Source of the DNA: Vicinamibacteria bacterium
GTDB taxonomy: Bacteria > Acidobacteriota > Vicinamibacteria > Marinacidobacterales > Marinacidobacteraceae
NCBI GenBank assembly: GCA_964291235.2
Contig: OZ219815.1
Location: 480,001-544,000, forward strand
Reading direction: 5' to 3'
DNA: 64,000 nt
The first letter of the stretch is position 1; each line of letters starts with the position of its first letter. The position numbers were made by a program, and so were the translations under genes. The notes under the pieces are model-generated. The model was not told where the DNA came from and searched no databases. It saw only the letters and a program-made list of their open reading frames with translations. Shown here piece after piece: positions 17,060-27,022 of the stretch.

Positions 17060-17608
17060 TCAATTGTCACGTTTCCCGGGAGGGCGATGGACCGTGTCTC
17101 CGGAGAGCAACTGGAGGGCGTGGGGGATGGTGGGGGCCAGCGTCCGGAGCCCGCTCTCGACGGCGCGTGGACTCCCCGGCAGCACGATCACCAGGGTGGC
17201 GCCGATGCTTCCGGCAAGGCTCCGGGAGAGCACCGCCATGGGCGTGTCGCGAAGCCCCTCGGAGCGCAGGAGTTCACCGTAGCCCGGCAGTTCGCGATCG
17301 AGCAGGGGCGCGACCGCCTCGGGCGTGCGGTCCCGGGGGCCGAGGCCGGTTCCGCCCGTGGTCAGCACCAGCCGGATGCCGGCGTCCGCCCAGGCCCGGA
17401 CCCGTTCCCGGATGGCTTCCACCTCATCGGGAACGATCGCCGCATCGGCAATCCGAAACCCGCGACTCTCCAGGAAGTCGCGGGCAAGGGTTCCGGACCG
17501 GTCCGGCACCACCCCGGCGGCGCATCCGTCGCTCGCGGTGAGGACCGCGGCGGTCAGGGTTGGCGAGGCGGCGTCCGCGGCCGCCCGGGATGGAGTGGAC
17601 ACCGCCAC
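17060..17608 (-). CDS. mog: MogA/MoaB family molybdopterin adenylyltransferase
   Basis: VLTASD...DRSG, IVPDE, LTTGGTGLGPRDRTPEA, LPGYGE, LSRS, LPGSP. Start approximate. Confidence 0.88.
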   Translation of the reverse strand: MAVSTPSRAAADAASPTLTAAVLTASDGCAAGVVPDRSGTLARDFLESRGFRIADAAIVPDEVEAIRERVRAWADAGIRLVLTTGGTGLGPRDRTPEAVAPLLDRELPGYGELLRSEGLRDTPMAVLSRSLAGSIGATLVIVLPGSPRAVESGLRTLAPTIPHALQLLSGDTVHRPPGKRDN

Positions 17609-17696
17609 GTCACCGACGGGGTTCCGGGAGGCGGGGCAAAGCGGGAGCGGACACGGAGAGCGGCGCGGGAATTGCGTCAGAATAGCGATTCGCCCC

Positions 17697-18641
17697 ATGG
17701 AAACCCGCGCTCGACGCTTCCTTCGGGGGTGGCGGGGAGCCGTCGCCGCCGGAACCCTCGCCCTGGGCCTGTGCGGGCTGGCCGCCGCCGCGGGCCCCGT
17801 TTTGCAGCAGAACTACCAGTTCCGGGTGACGGTGGACCTGATCTCGCTCAACGTCACGGTCACGGACGCTCGGGAGCGGTTCATCACCGATCTCATCGAA
17901 GAGGACTTTTCGGTTTACGAGGACGGCATCCTGCAGGAGATCGAGGCTTTTTCCCGAGAGGACCTGCCCATCCGCATGGTGCTGCTGCTCGACACCTCCG
18001 CCAGCATGGTGGACAAGATGAATTTCGCTCAGGAGGCGGCGGTCCGATTCACCAAGACCCTGCGGATCGAGGACGTGGCGCAGGTGGTCGAGTTCGGCAG
18101 CAACGCCAACATCCTGCAGAAGTTCACGAGCGACCACGGCGAACTCGAAGGGGCCATCCGGATGACCCAGGCGGGCGGAACCACGAAGCTCCACAACGCC
18201 ATGTACATCTCGCTGCGCTCGCTCGAGCGCCAGCGCATGGAGGCCCGCCGACAGGCCATCATCCTCCTCTCGGACGGCCGGGACACCAGCTCGCTCGTCA
18301 CCTTCGAGCAGGTCCTCGACCTGACCAAGGACACCGATGTCGTCATCTACTCCATCTCGCTCCAGAACACCGCGCGCCGCCGCGGGCGGCGCTTCTCGGA
18401 GGCGGAACACGTCCTCAAGAACCTCGCGGAGGAGACCGGTGGCCAATGGTTTTTTCCCAGTGAGCTGGCGGAACTGGAATCGGTGTACGACCGGATCGCC
18501 GAGGAGTTGAAAAGTCAGTACAACGTTGGCTATATCTCCAACAATCCGCGGCAGGACGGCGCCTGGCGGCGTATCGTGGTGCAGACCGCCCGGCCCGACC
18601 TCCGGGTCCGGACCAAACTCGGCTACTACGCGCCGGGTTAG
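17697..18641 (+). CDS. Exported VWA-domain protein (acidobacterial VWFA-related type)
   Basis: Signal peptide, FRVTVDLISLNVTVTD, MIDAS motif LLLDTSASM, ILLSDGRD, LAEETGG, ELKSQYNVGY...RTKLGYYAP. Confidence 0.88.
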   Translation: METRARRFLRGWRGAVAAGTLALGLCGLAAAAGPVLQQNYQFRVTVDLISLNVTVTDARERFITDLIEEDFSVYEDGILQEIEAFSREDLPIRMVLLLDTSASMVDKMNFAQEAAVRFTKTLRIEDVAQVVEFGSNANILQKFTSDHGELEGAIRMTQAGGTTKLHNAMYISLRSLERQRMEARRQAIILLSDGRDTSSLVTFEQVLDLTKDTDVVIYSISLQNTARRRGRRFSEAEHVLKNLAEETGGQWFFPSELAELESVYDRIAEELKSQYNVGYISNNPRQDGAWRRIVVQTARPDLRVRTKLGYYAPG

Positions 18642-18735
18642 CAGCCGGTGGCAAGACCCACGCGGCCCAGGTCTCCCGGTGAGGGCCTCGGCGCCCACGT
18701 GAGTTTCACGACAGGCGGTTAGCGCCGGTGCTCAC

Positions 18736-19854
18736 GTGGAGGTAGAGCCGGGCCTGCGTCCTGCCGCCTGCCGGAGCGCCCACACGGCGGGACGGCGCTG
18801 GCCGGAAGCGTCCGAGTCGTTTCGGACCGCCTATCAACGCGACCGGGACCGGGTCATCCATTCGAGCGCCTTCCGCCGGCTTCAGTACAAAACGCAGGTC
18901 TTCATCAACCACGAGGGCGACCACTACCGGACGCGGCTCACGCACACGCTCGAGGTCGCGCAGATCGCGCGGACCATCGCCCGGGTGCTGCGCCTCAACG
19001 AGGATCTCACCGAGGCGGTAGCGCTCGCCCACGACCTCGGGCATACCCCCTTCGGTCATGCCGGAGAGGAGGTTCTGGACGAACTCATGCGGGACCACGG
19101 GGGGTTCGAGCACAACATCCAGTCCTTCCGCATCGTGGACGCACTCGAGCGCGCCTACCCGGACTTTCCGGGCCTCAACCTGACCCTCGAATCGCGGCAC
19201 GGAATCTTCGCCCACTCGAGCCGGACCGGATGGGTGCCGGAACCGCTTCGGAACCTGGGTCGGCCGCCCCTCGAGGCACAGGTTGCCGACATCGCCGACG
19301 AGATCGCCTACAGCGCCCACGACATGGAGGACGGCCTCTCCTCCGGGCTCATCGGAGTTTCCGACCTGGAGGACGCGGCGCTTGTCCGCAGACATTGGCC
19401 GGGGTCTTTCGAAACCGGGCAGCACTACGGGCGAGTGAACGTGCGGACCCTGCTTCGGGGAGTCATCGCCGACCTTGTGGTGGCGCTCGTGGACGAAACC
19501 GAGCGGCGGATTCGGGAATCCGGAATTGAAGAACCGGGTGGGACGGGCCGGGAGGGTTCCAGCCCGGGATCACCGCTCGTCGCCCTCTCCGCGCCCCGGG
19601 ACGCCGAACTCCGCCAACTCAAGACCGTCCTCCACGAGCGTCTCTACCGCCATCCGCGGGTCGCGGCCACGACGAAGGCGGAGACACGGCGGCTACCGGA
19701 CCTTTTTCGCTACTACCTGGAGACGCCGGAGGACCTGCCGGCCCACTTCCAGGTGCGGATCGGCCCCGCTTCCCGGGAGCGGGTGGTCTGCGACTATATC
19801 GCCGGCATGACCGACCGCTTCGCCAGCCGGGACCACCAGCGGCGCTACGGCTGA
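18736..19854 (+). CDS. dgt: Deoxyguanosinetriphosphate triphosphohydrolase
   Basis: RTAYQRDRDRVIHSSAFRRLQYKTQV, RTRLTHTLEV, AHDLGHTPFGHAGE, ADEIAYSAHDMEDG, CDYIAGMTD. Confidence 0.93.
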   Translation: MEVEPGLRPAACRSAHTAGRRWPEASESFRTAYQRDRDRVIHSSAFRRLQYKTQVFINHEGDHYRTRLTHTLEVAQIARTIARVLRLNEDLTEAVALAHDLGHTPFGHAGEEVLDELMRDHGGFEHNIQSFRIVDALERAYPDFPGLNLTLESRHGIFAHSSRTGWVPEPLRNLGRPPLEAQVADIADEIAYSAHDMEDGLSSGLIGVSDLEDAALVRRHWPGSFETGQHYGRVNVRTLLRGVIADLVVALVDETERRIRESGIEEPGGTGREGSSPGSPLVALSAPRDAELRQLKTVLHERLYRHPRVAATTKAETRRLPDLFRYYLETPEDLPAHFQVRIGPASRERVVCDYIAGMTDRFASRDHQRRYG

Positions 19855-19890
19855 GTCGCGCCCCTGGCGGCGCGGATCAGGCGGGATGGT

Positions 19891-20538
19891 TCAGGGCTGG
19901 CGCTCGGAAGGAGTTTCCGGCTCCGGTTCTTCCCCGTCCTCGGTCTCCGGCCCCGGCGCAACCCCGTAGATCGGTTCGTCCTCGATGGGTTCGAGGTATT
20001 TCTCGACACCCGGCGGCCCGAGGCGCCGAAGCGCGACGGTCGAGCCTTGAGAAACCCACGAGGACGCGCCCACCCGGACGAACATCTCGACCTCGACGTC
20101 TTCCCAAAGTTCGTTCTCGAACATGCGGTCGGGAGAGCCCTGGGAGAGGTAGTTGGAGTCCGCGCGCAGCGTGTGCTCGTCGGTTGCTTCCCCCGGGCCT
20201 AGCGGTCCTTCGGAGACCGAGTGCAGATATCCCGTTCCCCACGCCTCTTCCGGCGCCGACTCCCGGCGGAAAACCGACATCACCTGGACGTACTCCACCG
20301 GCTCGGGCGTCGTGTTCTGGACCCGGAAACGCACGGCGGGCCGGATGTAGTTGTTGCCCTCGGAGTCACGGCCGCGAACGGCCCAATAGGCAACCAGCTC
20401 AGGCAGTTCCATCGCCGACGCGGTCGCGTTGTCCTCCGCGTTAACGCAACCGGAAGCCCCGATCGAGGCCGCGAGTACCGCGGACGCGGCAAAGACAAGC
20501 CCAACACGGGACGGGAGGAACAAACGGCGAAAACGCAT
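19891..20538 (-). CDS. Hypothetical lipoprotein
   Basis: MRFRRLF + hydrophobic stretch + ASGC lipobox, beta-rich body and acidic tail. It is the 3' part of ORF 19891..21546. Confidence 0.65.
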   Translation of the reverse strand: MRFRRLFLPSRVGLVFAASAVLAASIGASGCVNAEDNATASAMELPELVAYWAVRGRDSEGNNYIRPAVRFRVQNTTPEPVEYVQVMSVFRRESAPEEAWGTGYLHSVSEGPLGPGEATDEHTLRADSNYLSQGSPDRMFENELWEDVEVEMFVRVGASSWVSQGSTVALRRLGPPGVEKYLEPIEDEPIYGVAPGPETEDGEEPEPETPSERQP

Positions 20539-20670
20539 GGGAAGGCCGGGACCGGGAGCGCCGACCGCCAGTATAGACTGCCGGACCGGCCGCGCCCTGC
20601 CGACCCGGCGGCCGGAGTCCCGCGAGCACGGAGCGCCATCGAGATCCCCTCCCTCCAGACAGCCGTGGCA

Positions 20671-21732
20671 GTGGAACCCCTGGTCCTGGTGGACCGCGTC
20701 TCCAAGCGCTACGGAAGGACGCTGGCGGTAGCAGATCTCAGCTTCGGCGTCGCGAAAGGTGAGGTCCTCGGTTTCCTGGGGCCGAACGGCGCCGGGAAAA
20801 CGACGACCATGCGGGTCATTACCGGTTTCATGCCGCCCACCGAGGGACGGGTGCTGGTCGGCGGACTGGACATCGCGGAGGCTCCTCTCGACGTCCGGCG
20901 GCGGATCGGGTACCTGCCCGAGAACCCGCCGCTCTACCCCGAAATGGAGGTCACCGCCTTCCTGAAGTTCGTGGCCCGGCTCCGCGGAGTGCCGGGCCCC
21001 GGGATCGCGAAAGCGGTGGACCGGGCCATCGAACGCTGCGCGCTCGGAGAGGCTCGGGAACGCATCATCGGGAAGCTGAGCCGCGGATTCCGCCAACGGG
21101 TGGGCCTTGCTCAGGCGCTCGTTCACGAACCCGAACTGCTGGTCCTCGACGAACCGACGGCCGGCCTCGACCCCAAGCAGATCCACGAGACCCGCGATCT
21201 CATCCGCGCGCTCGCGGGTGAGCGCACCGTCGTGCTCTCGACGCACATCCTCCCCGAGGTCGCCGTCACCTGCGACCGGGTCGTCATCATCGCCGGGGGA
21301 CGGCTTCGCGCCGAAGACACTCCTGACCGGCTGGTCGCACGGCTGGGCGCCGCGCGGCGCGGCCGCGGAACCTGGGAAATCGAGACGGCGGCGCCGGCGG
21401 ACGCGGCTGCCGCGGCCCTCGGATCCGTTCCGGGCGTCGCCCGGGTGGAAGCCGGGCCCGAGACCGCGGAGCGGACATCGCTGCTGCAGGTCGAAGCGGC
21501 CGGCGGCCGGGAGGTCCCCAGCGAGTTGGCGCGGGCTCTCCTCCAAGCGGGTTGCCCGCTCTACGGTCTGCGCCGGGGCGGCGCGAGCCTTGAAGAGGTC
21601 TTCCTGGCGCTCACCACCGAGGAGGCGGAGCCGGGAGGCCTCGGAGCGCCGGACTCCAGGCCGGCATCGCGGCCGCAGGCCGCGAAACTCCCAGACAGAA
21701 CCCCCGTCCCGATTCCCTCGGAAGACTCATGA
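20671..21732 (+). CDS. ABC transporter ATP-binding protein (GldA-like)
   Basis: GPNGAGKTT, LSRGFRQRVGLAQAL, VLDEPTAGLDP, LSTHIL. Confidence 0.92.
   Translation: MEPLVLVDRVSKRYGRTLAVADLSFGVAKGEVLGFLGPNGAGKTTTMRVITGFMPPTEGRVLVGGLDIAEAPLDVRRRIGYLPENPPLYPEMEVTAFLKFVARLRGVPGPGIAKAVDRAIERCALGEARERIIGKLSRGFRQRVGLAQALVHEPELLVLDEPTAGLDPKQIHETRDLIRALAGERTVVLSTHILPEVAVTCDRVVIIAGGRLRAEDTPDRLVARLGAARRGRGTWEIETAAPADAAAAALGSVPGVARVEAGPETAERTSLLQVEAAGGREVPSELARALLQAGCPLYGLRRGGASLEEVFLALTTEEAEPGGLGAPDSRPASRPQAAKLPDRTPVPIPSEDS
21643..21696 (+). repeat. REP-arm copy embedded in frame in the 3' end of the ABC ATPase gene
   Basis: GGAGCGCCGGACTCCAGGCCGGCATCGCGGCCGCAGGCCGCGAAACTCCCAGAC is nearly identical to the reverse complement of the right arm of the 9762..9987 element. 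Confidence 0.8.
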
Positions 21733-22499
21733 GGAACGTTCTGACGATCGCCCGGCGCGAAGTAGGCGCCGCGCTGGCCTCGCCGGTGGCCTACGTCCTG
21801 TTCGGAGCGTTTGCGTTCCTCTACGGCTACTTCTTCGCCGATTACCTGCAAAGCTTCGTCGAAGCCGGTCTGCGGATGAGCCAGATGGGCGGCTTCAGCG
21901 GCGGCAACCTGAACGTGAACACCGACCTGATCCGCTGGCTCATGGCGAGCACCGCGATTCTGGTGCTGTTCCTGATGCCCCTGCTCTCCATGCGCACGGT
22001 GTCCGAGGAAATCCGGTCGGGAACGATGGAGTTGCTGCTCACCGCGCCGATCACCGACGGCCAGATCGTCGTCGGAAAGTTCCTGGCGGCGCTCGCCCTC
22101 TACGGCGGGATGCTCGCGCTCACCGGACTCCACCTGGGCGTCCTCTTCTGGTTTTCCCAGCCGGAAATCACGCCGGTGCTCGCCGCGTATCTCGGCCTCC
22201 TGCTTCTCGGCGCCGGGCTCCTGGCGCTCGGGCTTTTCTTTTCGAGCCTGACCCGGAACCAGATCGTGGCCGGACTCCTGACCTTCGGCACCCTTCTGGT
22301 CCTCTGGCTCGTGGAGTTCGCGGGAGCGCGCGGGGGCGAGTTGGGACGGGTCCTCGCCTACCTGTCGGTGACGGGACACATGGAGGGGTTCGCCCGCGGG
22401 GTGATCACCACGCGCGATCTCGTCTATTACCTGTCCTTCGCGGGGTTTTGGCTCTATCTCGCCCGGGAGTCGATCCGCTCCCGGAGGTGGCGCGGATGA
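21729..22499 (+). CDS. ABC transporter permease (GldF-like)
   Basis: 6-TM protein with SEEIRSGTMELLLTAPI...GKFLA, SSLTRNQIVA, GVITTRDLVYY; ATGA overlap. Confidence 0.9.
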   Translation: MRNVLTIARREVGAALASPVAYVLFGAFAFLYGYFFADYLQSFVEAGLRMSQMGGFSGGNLNVNTDLIRWLMASTAILVLFLMPLLSMRTVSEEIRSGTMELLLTAPITDGQIVVGKFLAALALYGGMLALTGLHLGVLFWFSQPEITPVLAAYLGLLLLGAGLLALGLFFSSLTRNQIVAGLLTFGTLLVLWLVEFAGARGGELGRVLAYLSVTGHMEGFARGVITTRDLVYYLSFAGFWLYLARESIRSRRWRG

Positions 22500-24043
22500 G
22501 CGGCCGATTCGACCGATTGCGCTCAGTGCTGGGGCGCCGGGGCGCCCGGGAAGGAGCCAACCTCGGGATCACGGCGCTGCTTCTGCTCGCCGTCCTGGTG
22601 GGCGTCAACTACGTCGCAAACCGCCGCAACGTCTCCTGGGACACCTCCGCCGGAGGCCAGTTCAGCCTCTCGCCCCAGACTGTCCGCATCCTCCAGGAAC
22701 TGGATCGCGACGTGCGCTTCGTGGTTCTCGACCAACCGCGGGCCGCCGGGCGAACCATCGAACTGTTCGAGCGCTACGCCGACCGCAGTGACCGGATCGA
22801 GTGGGAGGTCATCGATCAGGAGGCGCAACCCGCTCGGGCCCGGGCCTACCAGGCGACCGCGGAGGCGGGAATTCCGTTCGGCACCATCGTCGTCGAGAGC
22901 GGCGACCGGCAGGAACGGGTGACCGCGCCCCGGGAGCAGGACGTCACGAACGCCATCGTGAAGATCCTCAAGGGCGAGACCAAGACGATCTACTTCACGA
23001 CGGGACACCAGGAGCGCTCTCTCGAAGAGACCGGCGCCGGTGGCCTTTCCGCCATCCGTTCCCGGCTGGAGGAGTCGAACTACGCGGTCGCCGGATTGGC
23101 GCTGCTCGAGCGGGTCGAGGAGGGTGAGGTCCGGATCCCCGGGGATGCCGCGGCGGTGGTGATCGCCGGGCCCCGGCTCGACCTGCTGGAGGCCGAAGCT
23201 CGAGCCCTCGCCGCCCACGTCCGCGGAGGCGGCAAGGCGATGCTGCTCCTCGACCCTCCGGATCCTCCGGGGACCCCCGATCAAAGGCTCGAACTCACGG
23301 GACTGGCCGGAGAATTCGGAGCCGCACCCGCTGGAGACGTGGTCATCGACGCGAGCGGAGTGGGCCAGCTCTTCGGCTTCGGGGTGGAGGTTCCGCTGGC
23401 CGCCTCCTACGGGCTCCATCCGATCACCCGCGGCTTCGCGAATGCGGCCACCGTCTTCCCGCTGGCGCAGAGCCTGATCGCGACTCCGCCGGCTGAGCTT
23501 CCCGCCGGGATGCGGCTTTCGGAACTCGTCCTCAGCGCCGACGTCAGTTGGGGCGAGCGTGACGCCGAGGAACTCGAGACCGGCGAGGTGAACGCCGGGG
23601 ACGACGACCGGACCGGACCGCTGCGGCTCGCCTACGCGGTCCACGTGGAACCCCAGGCCGCGGACGAAGCGGCCGGGGAACCCGACCAGGAGGAACCCGA
23701 ACCGCCGGAAGCGGCCGCGGATCCGGCTGGCGGCGAGGGGGAAGAAGAGGGCGGCCCGGAATCCACCCCAAGGCCCGAAGGCCGTCTGGTGATCGTCGGG
23801 GATTCCGACTTCATCGGGAACAACCTGGCGCTCGCGCCCCTCGGAAACGCCGACCTCTTCCTCAACATGGTGAACTGGCTCACCGAGGACGAGGATCTGA
23901 TCGCGATCCGTCCGCGCTCCGCCGAGGACCGGCGCATCACGATGACCACGGCGCAGATGAGAAACGTCGTTCTGCTGAGCCTGGTGTTCCTGCCCGGGTT
24001 CTTCCTCATCTGGGGCGTCGCGGTCTGGTGGTCCCGCCGGTGA
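22496..24043 (+). CDS. GldG-family ABC auxiliary component
   Basis: WDTSAGGQFSLSPQT, IYFTTGHQE, VIAGP, LVIVGDSDF...NADLFLNMVNWL, C-terminal TM; ATG at 22496. Confidence 0.88.
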   Translation: MSGRFDRLRSVLGRRGAREGANLGITALLLLAVLVGVNYVANRRNVSWDTSAGGQFSLSPQTVRILQELDRDVRFVVLDQPRAAGRTIELFERYADRSDRIEWEVIDQEAQPARARAYQATAEAGIPFGTIVVESGDRQERVTAPREQDVTNAIVKILKGETKTIYFTTGHQERSLEETGAGGLSAIRSRLEESNYAVAGLALLERVEEGEVRIPGDAAAVVIAGPRLDLLEAEARALAAHVRGGGKAMLLLDPPDPPGTPDQRLELTGLAGEFGAAPAGDVVIDASGVGQLFGFGVEVPLAASYGLHPITRGFANAATVFPLAQSLIATPPAELPAGMRLSELVLSADVSWGERDAEELETGEVNAGDDDRTGPLRLAYAVHVEPQAADEAAGEPDQEEPEPPEAAADPAGGEGEEEGGPESTPRPEGRLVIVGDSDFIGNNLALAPLGNADLFLNMVNWLTEDEDLIAIRPRSAEDRRITMTTAQMRNVVLLSLVFLPGFFLIWGVAVWWSRR

Positions 24044-24049
24044 GGTGAC

Positions 24050-25444
24050 GTGCGCCGGACGACGCTCCTCGCATTGCTGGCGGCCGCTGCGGTCGCGGGG
24101 TGGATCGCCCTGTTCGAGCGCGAAGACGGCGCTGAAGACGAGGGGCGACCGGTCTTCGGCCTGAACGAAACCGAAATCCTCGCCGTCGAGATCGGGCGGC
24201 CCGGCGAACCCACGGTCCATCTCACCCGGGACGGCAAGGGTTTCGTCGTAGCCGAGGGGGACGGGCCGGGATCGCCCGCCGCCGACCCAGAGGTGGATCT
24301 CCTGCTGCAGAACATCGGCTCGCTGCGCTTCGGCCGGGAGATCGAGGCCGTCGCCGACGGCGCCTGGGCCGAGTTCGGATTGGCGCCGCCCGAACTCTCG
24401 ATCCGGGTCATCCCGGAGACCGAACCGGCCGCACCGCTCACTGCCGGGTTCGGGGACGAAACCCCGGCAGCGGGCAACCGCTACCTCCGCGTCGGCGACC
24501 GGCTTCTGGTGGTCTCGGCCTTCGCGCGGGACAACTTCGACCTGAGCGCCTGGGATCTCCGCGACAAGCGGGTGTTTCGGCTGGATGCACCGGCGGCGCG
24601 CCGCCTCCGCCTGGCAACCGACGATGGGACGACGGTGGAGATTGCCCGGCAACAGGGCGCCTGGAACATTCTCCGCCCGTACCGTTTCGCCGCGGATCCC
24701 TACGAGACATCGCAGTTCGCGGCGCGCCTGCTGGACGCCGAGATGGCCGGTCTGGCGCCGGATCCCGATGAGGCGGAGGACGACCCCTTCGGGTTGGGCT
24801 CGCCGCGGCTGCGCGCCGATCTGGACCTGGTCGTCGGACCCCAGGAAGAGGCGCTCTCCTCGACGATCCACTTCGGCGGCGAGAGCCGCACCCCGCCGGG
24901 CGTCTTCGCCCGGCTGGAGCCGGACCCGCTGGTGTTCGTGGTCGGGAAGCCGTTCTTCGAGTCCCTCCGGGAGGCGGCGGCGACCGAAATGGCCGGCCTG
25001 CGCTCGCTGGATCTGTTTCGGTTCGCAGGCTTCCAGGCCGTGACCCTGCGGGTCCAGGGCCCGGAGGGCGAGACCCTCTTTCGGCGCCGGGACGGCGAAG
25101 AAGGCCGCGAGTGGACCCTGGAGGCCGGCGGCGCCCCGCCAGTCGTGGTGGATACGGTGGCCGTCGAGGATCTGGTCTACCGGCTGAACTCCACCGAAGC
25201 GGAGGACCTGGCCGACGAGACCCTGCCGGACACGGGCGCCGCCTGGAGCATCGCGGTGACCGAAACGAGCGATGACGGGGCGCCCCCGATCGAACCGGAA
25301 ACGGTGCGCTTCAGCGTCTCCGCCACCGGCCGGGTGCGCGCGCTGCGGGCGGGCGACGAGCGAACGCTCACGCTCGCGGTGGGTGCCTGGGAGGAGCTTG
25401 CCGCGCTCTATGCCGCCGCACAGCAACCCGCGGAGGCGTCGTGA
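24050..25444 (+). CDS. DUF4340 domain protein
   Basis: N-terminal anchor, repeated FGL..P and LRDKRVF/LRSLDLF motifs; last gene of the gldAFG-like cassette. Confidence 0.75.
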   Translation: MRRTTLLALLAAAAVAGWIALFEREDGAEDEGRPVFGLNETEILAVEIGRPGEPTVHLTRDGKGFVVAEGDGPGSPAADPEVDLLLQNIGSLRFGREIEAVADGAWAEFGLAPPELSIRVIPETEPAAPLTAGFGDETPAAGNRYLRVGDRLLVVSAFARDNFDLSAWDLRDKRVFRLDAPAARRLRLATDDGTTVEIARQQGAWNILRPYRFAADPYETSQFAARLLDAEMAGLAPDPDEAEDDPFGLGSPRLRADLDLVVGPQEEALSSTIHFGGESRTPPGVFARLEPDPLVFVVGKPFFESLREAAATEMAGLRSLDLFRFAGFQAVTLRVQGPEGETLFRRRDGEEGREWTLEAGGAPPVVVDTVAVEDLVYRLNSTEAEDLADETLPDTGAAWSIAVTETSDDGAPPIEPETVRFSVSATGRVRALRAGDERTLTLAVGAWEELAALYAAAQQPAEAS

Positions 25445-26985
25445 GCCTCGCCGCCGGGCGGCGTAATTTGCGAGAGTAGGTCCCGCAGGGCCTGGTCGCC
25501 GGGAGCGTGCTCCAGGGCGGAACGCAACACCTCGGCCGCCGCCTCGCGGCGGCCGGCCCGGAGAAGAAGCTCGGCGAGCCCCACCGAAGCCGAAGTGTGG
25601 GCGGGGTCGGCCGCCAGCGCTTCGCGGTAACGGGATTCGGCCTCCGGCGGCCGGCCCAGCATCTCCAGCACCAAGGCGCTATCGGCGAGCGGTCCGGCAC
25701 GCGCCGGACCGGCGGTGCGGTCGAGCACCTGGCCAAACAGCGTGAGCGCCCGGGCCGGATCGCCGCTCATCGCGAAGGCGGTGGCGGCGGCGGCGCGAAT
25801 CCCGGGCGAGATCCCCCCGCCGCCGGCCTCGAGAACGCGGTCGAACAGCACCGCGGCAGCAGCCGGATCGCCTTCCCGCAGCCTCACGTCGGCCAGCCAG
25901 CGAGCGGCGCTCAGCGAGGCGCCCCCGAGCGGTTCGCCGACCGCGGGAACCAGGGGCGCGAGGACCTCGGCGGCGGCCGCAAGATTGCCCGATTGAAGCT
26001 GCGCCCGCGCCATCCCGATGTCGAAGGCCGGATCCCCGGGGTAGCGCGCCGCGGCCGCCCGCAGCACCCGGATCGCCTCTCCCAGCTCCCCGCCGTCGAG
26101 CAGCAACCCGAGCAGTTCCACCCAATCGTTCCGACCTTCACCCCCCGCCGGACCTGGCGCGCCAGCCGCCGAGGACCCGGAAACGATCGGATGGTCGCGG
26201 ACCGCCGCGAGCAGCAGGGCGCGGCGGCGCTCCCGCTGGCGGCTTTCCTCATACCCGGACAGCAGCCGCTCCCCCTGGGCGACGAGGTCCGGATCCGGAT
26301 CCTGGGCGAGTAACTGGCCGAGCCGGAAGCGCGCCGCCGGATCGTCCGGCGCCGCCGCTACGGCTCGCCGGAGCCAGACGACCGCCTCGGCGCGACGTCC
26401 AAGCTGGGCGAGACAGCGTCCGAACTCGTAGGCGGCGCCCGGTGGTGGGGTCGGGGCCGCTGCCGCAGCCTCCAGGAGCGGCAGGGCTCCCGCATGGTCG
26501 TCTTCGGCGAGCCGCAACCTCCCGTGCTCCAGCGCCAGGGTCGCCGAATCGCCCGGGGCCGGGGAACCGAGCACCCGCCTGGCCTCGGGCAGGAGACCGG
26601 ATTCACGGAGTCCGGCTCCGAGTTCCAGCCGGAGTTCATCGGAGAGCGGGACTTGCCGGGACAGCAACCCGCCGAGCAGCGCACGCGCTTCGTCGTCGCG
26701 GTTGAGCGTCGCGAGCAGCCGAACGCGCAGCGCCAGGTTTTCGGGCTCGCGCGGAGCGCCTTCGAGCGCGGCGACCGCCGCCGAATAGTCGAGCAGCCCA
26801 ACGTATGCCTCCGCCCGGAAGCGAAGCAACTCCGGGTGGGCGCCCTCGGGGCCGGCGCGGTCCAGGACTTCCAGCGCGGAGGCGAAGTCCTCTTGTCCAA
26901 GCAACTGGCGAACCTGAACCAGCAACGCCGTATCCGGCTGGGAGATTCCCAACCCGGCCCAGATCGCGAGGGCGAGCGCCGTCAT
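25408..26985 (-). CDS. Exported tetratricopeptide-repeat protein
   Basis: Signal-like N-terminus and repeated TPR helices (AAYEFGRCLAQLGRRAEA, ARFRLGQLL, YREALAADP). Confidence 0.75.
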   Translation of the reverse strand: MTALALAIWAGLGISQPDTALLVQVRQLLGQEDFASALEVLDRAGPEGAHPELLRFRAEAYVGLLDYSAAVAALEGAPREPENLALRVRLLATLNRDDEARALLGGLLSRQVPLSDELRLELGAGLRESGLLPEARRVLGSPAPGDSATLALEHGRLRLAEDDHAGALPLLEAAAAAPTPPPGAAYEFGRCLAQLGRRAEAVVWLRRAVAAAPDDPAARFRLGQLLAQDPDPDLVAQGERLLSGYEESRQRERRRALLLAAVRDHPIVSGSSAAGAPGPAGGEGRNDWVELLGLLLDGGELGEAIRVLRAAAARYPGDPAFDIGMARAQLQSGNLAAAAEVLAPLVPAVGEPLGGASLSAARWLADVRLREGDPAAAAVLFDRVLEAGGGGISPGIRAAAATAFAMSGDPARALTLFGQVLDRTAGPARAGPLADSALVLEMLGRPPEAESRYREALAADPAHTSASVGLAELLLRAGRREAAAEVLRSALEHAPGDQALRDLLSQITPPGGEAHDASAGCCAAA

Positions 26986-27022
26986 GGTCGCCAGGCCACG
27001 CCCCCTCGGAAGCCTTTTGCGG

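Noticed and set aside
20671-25444. Gliding motility system from gldA/F/G-like genes
   Set aside because: This ABC cassette with DUF4340 is widespread in non-gliding bacteria, and no other gld/spr genes are present.
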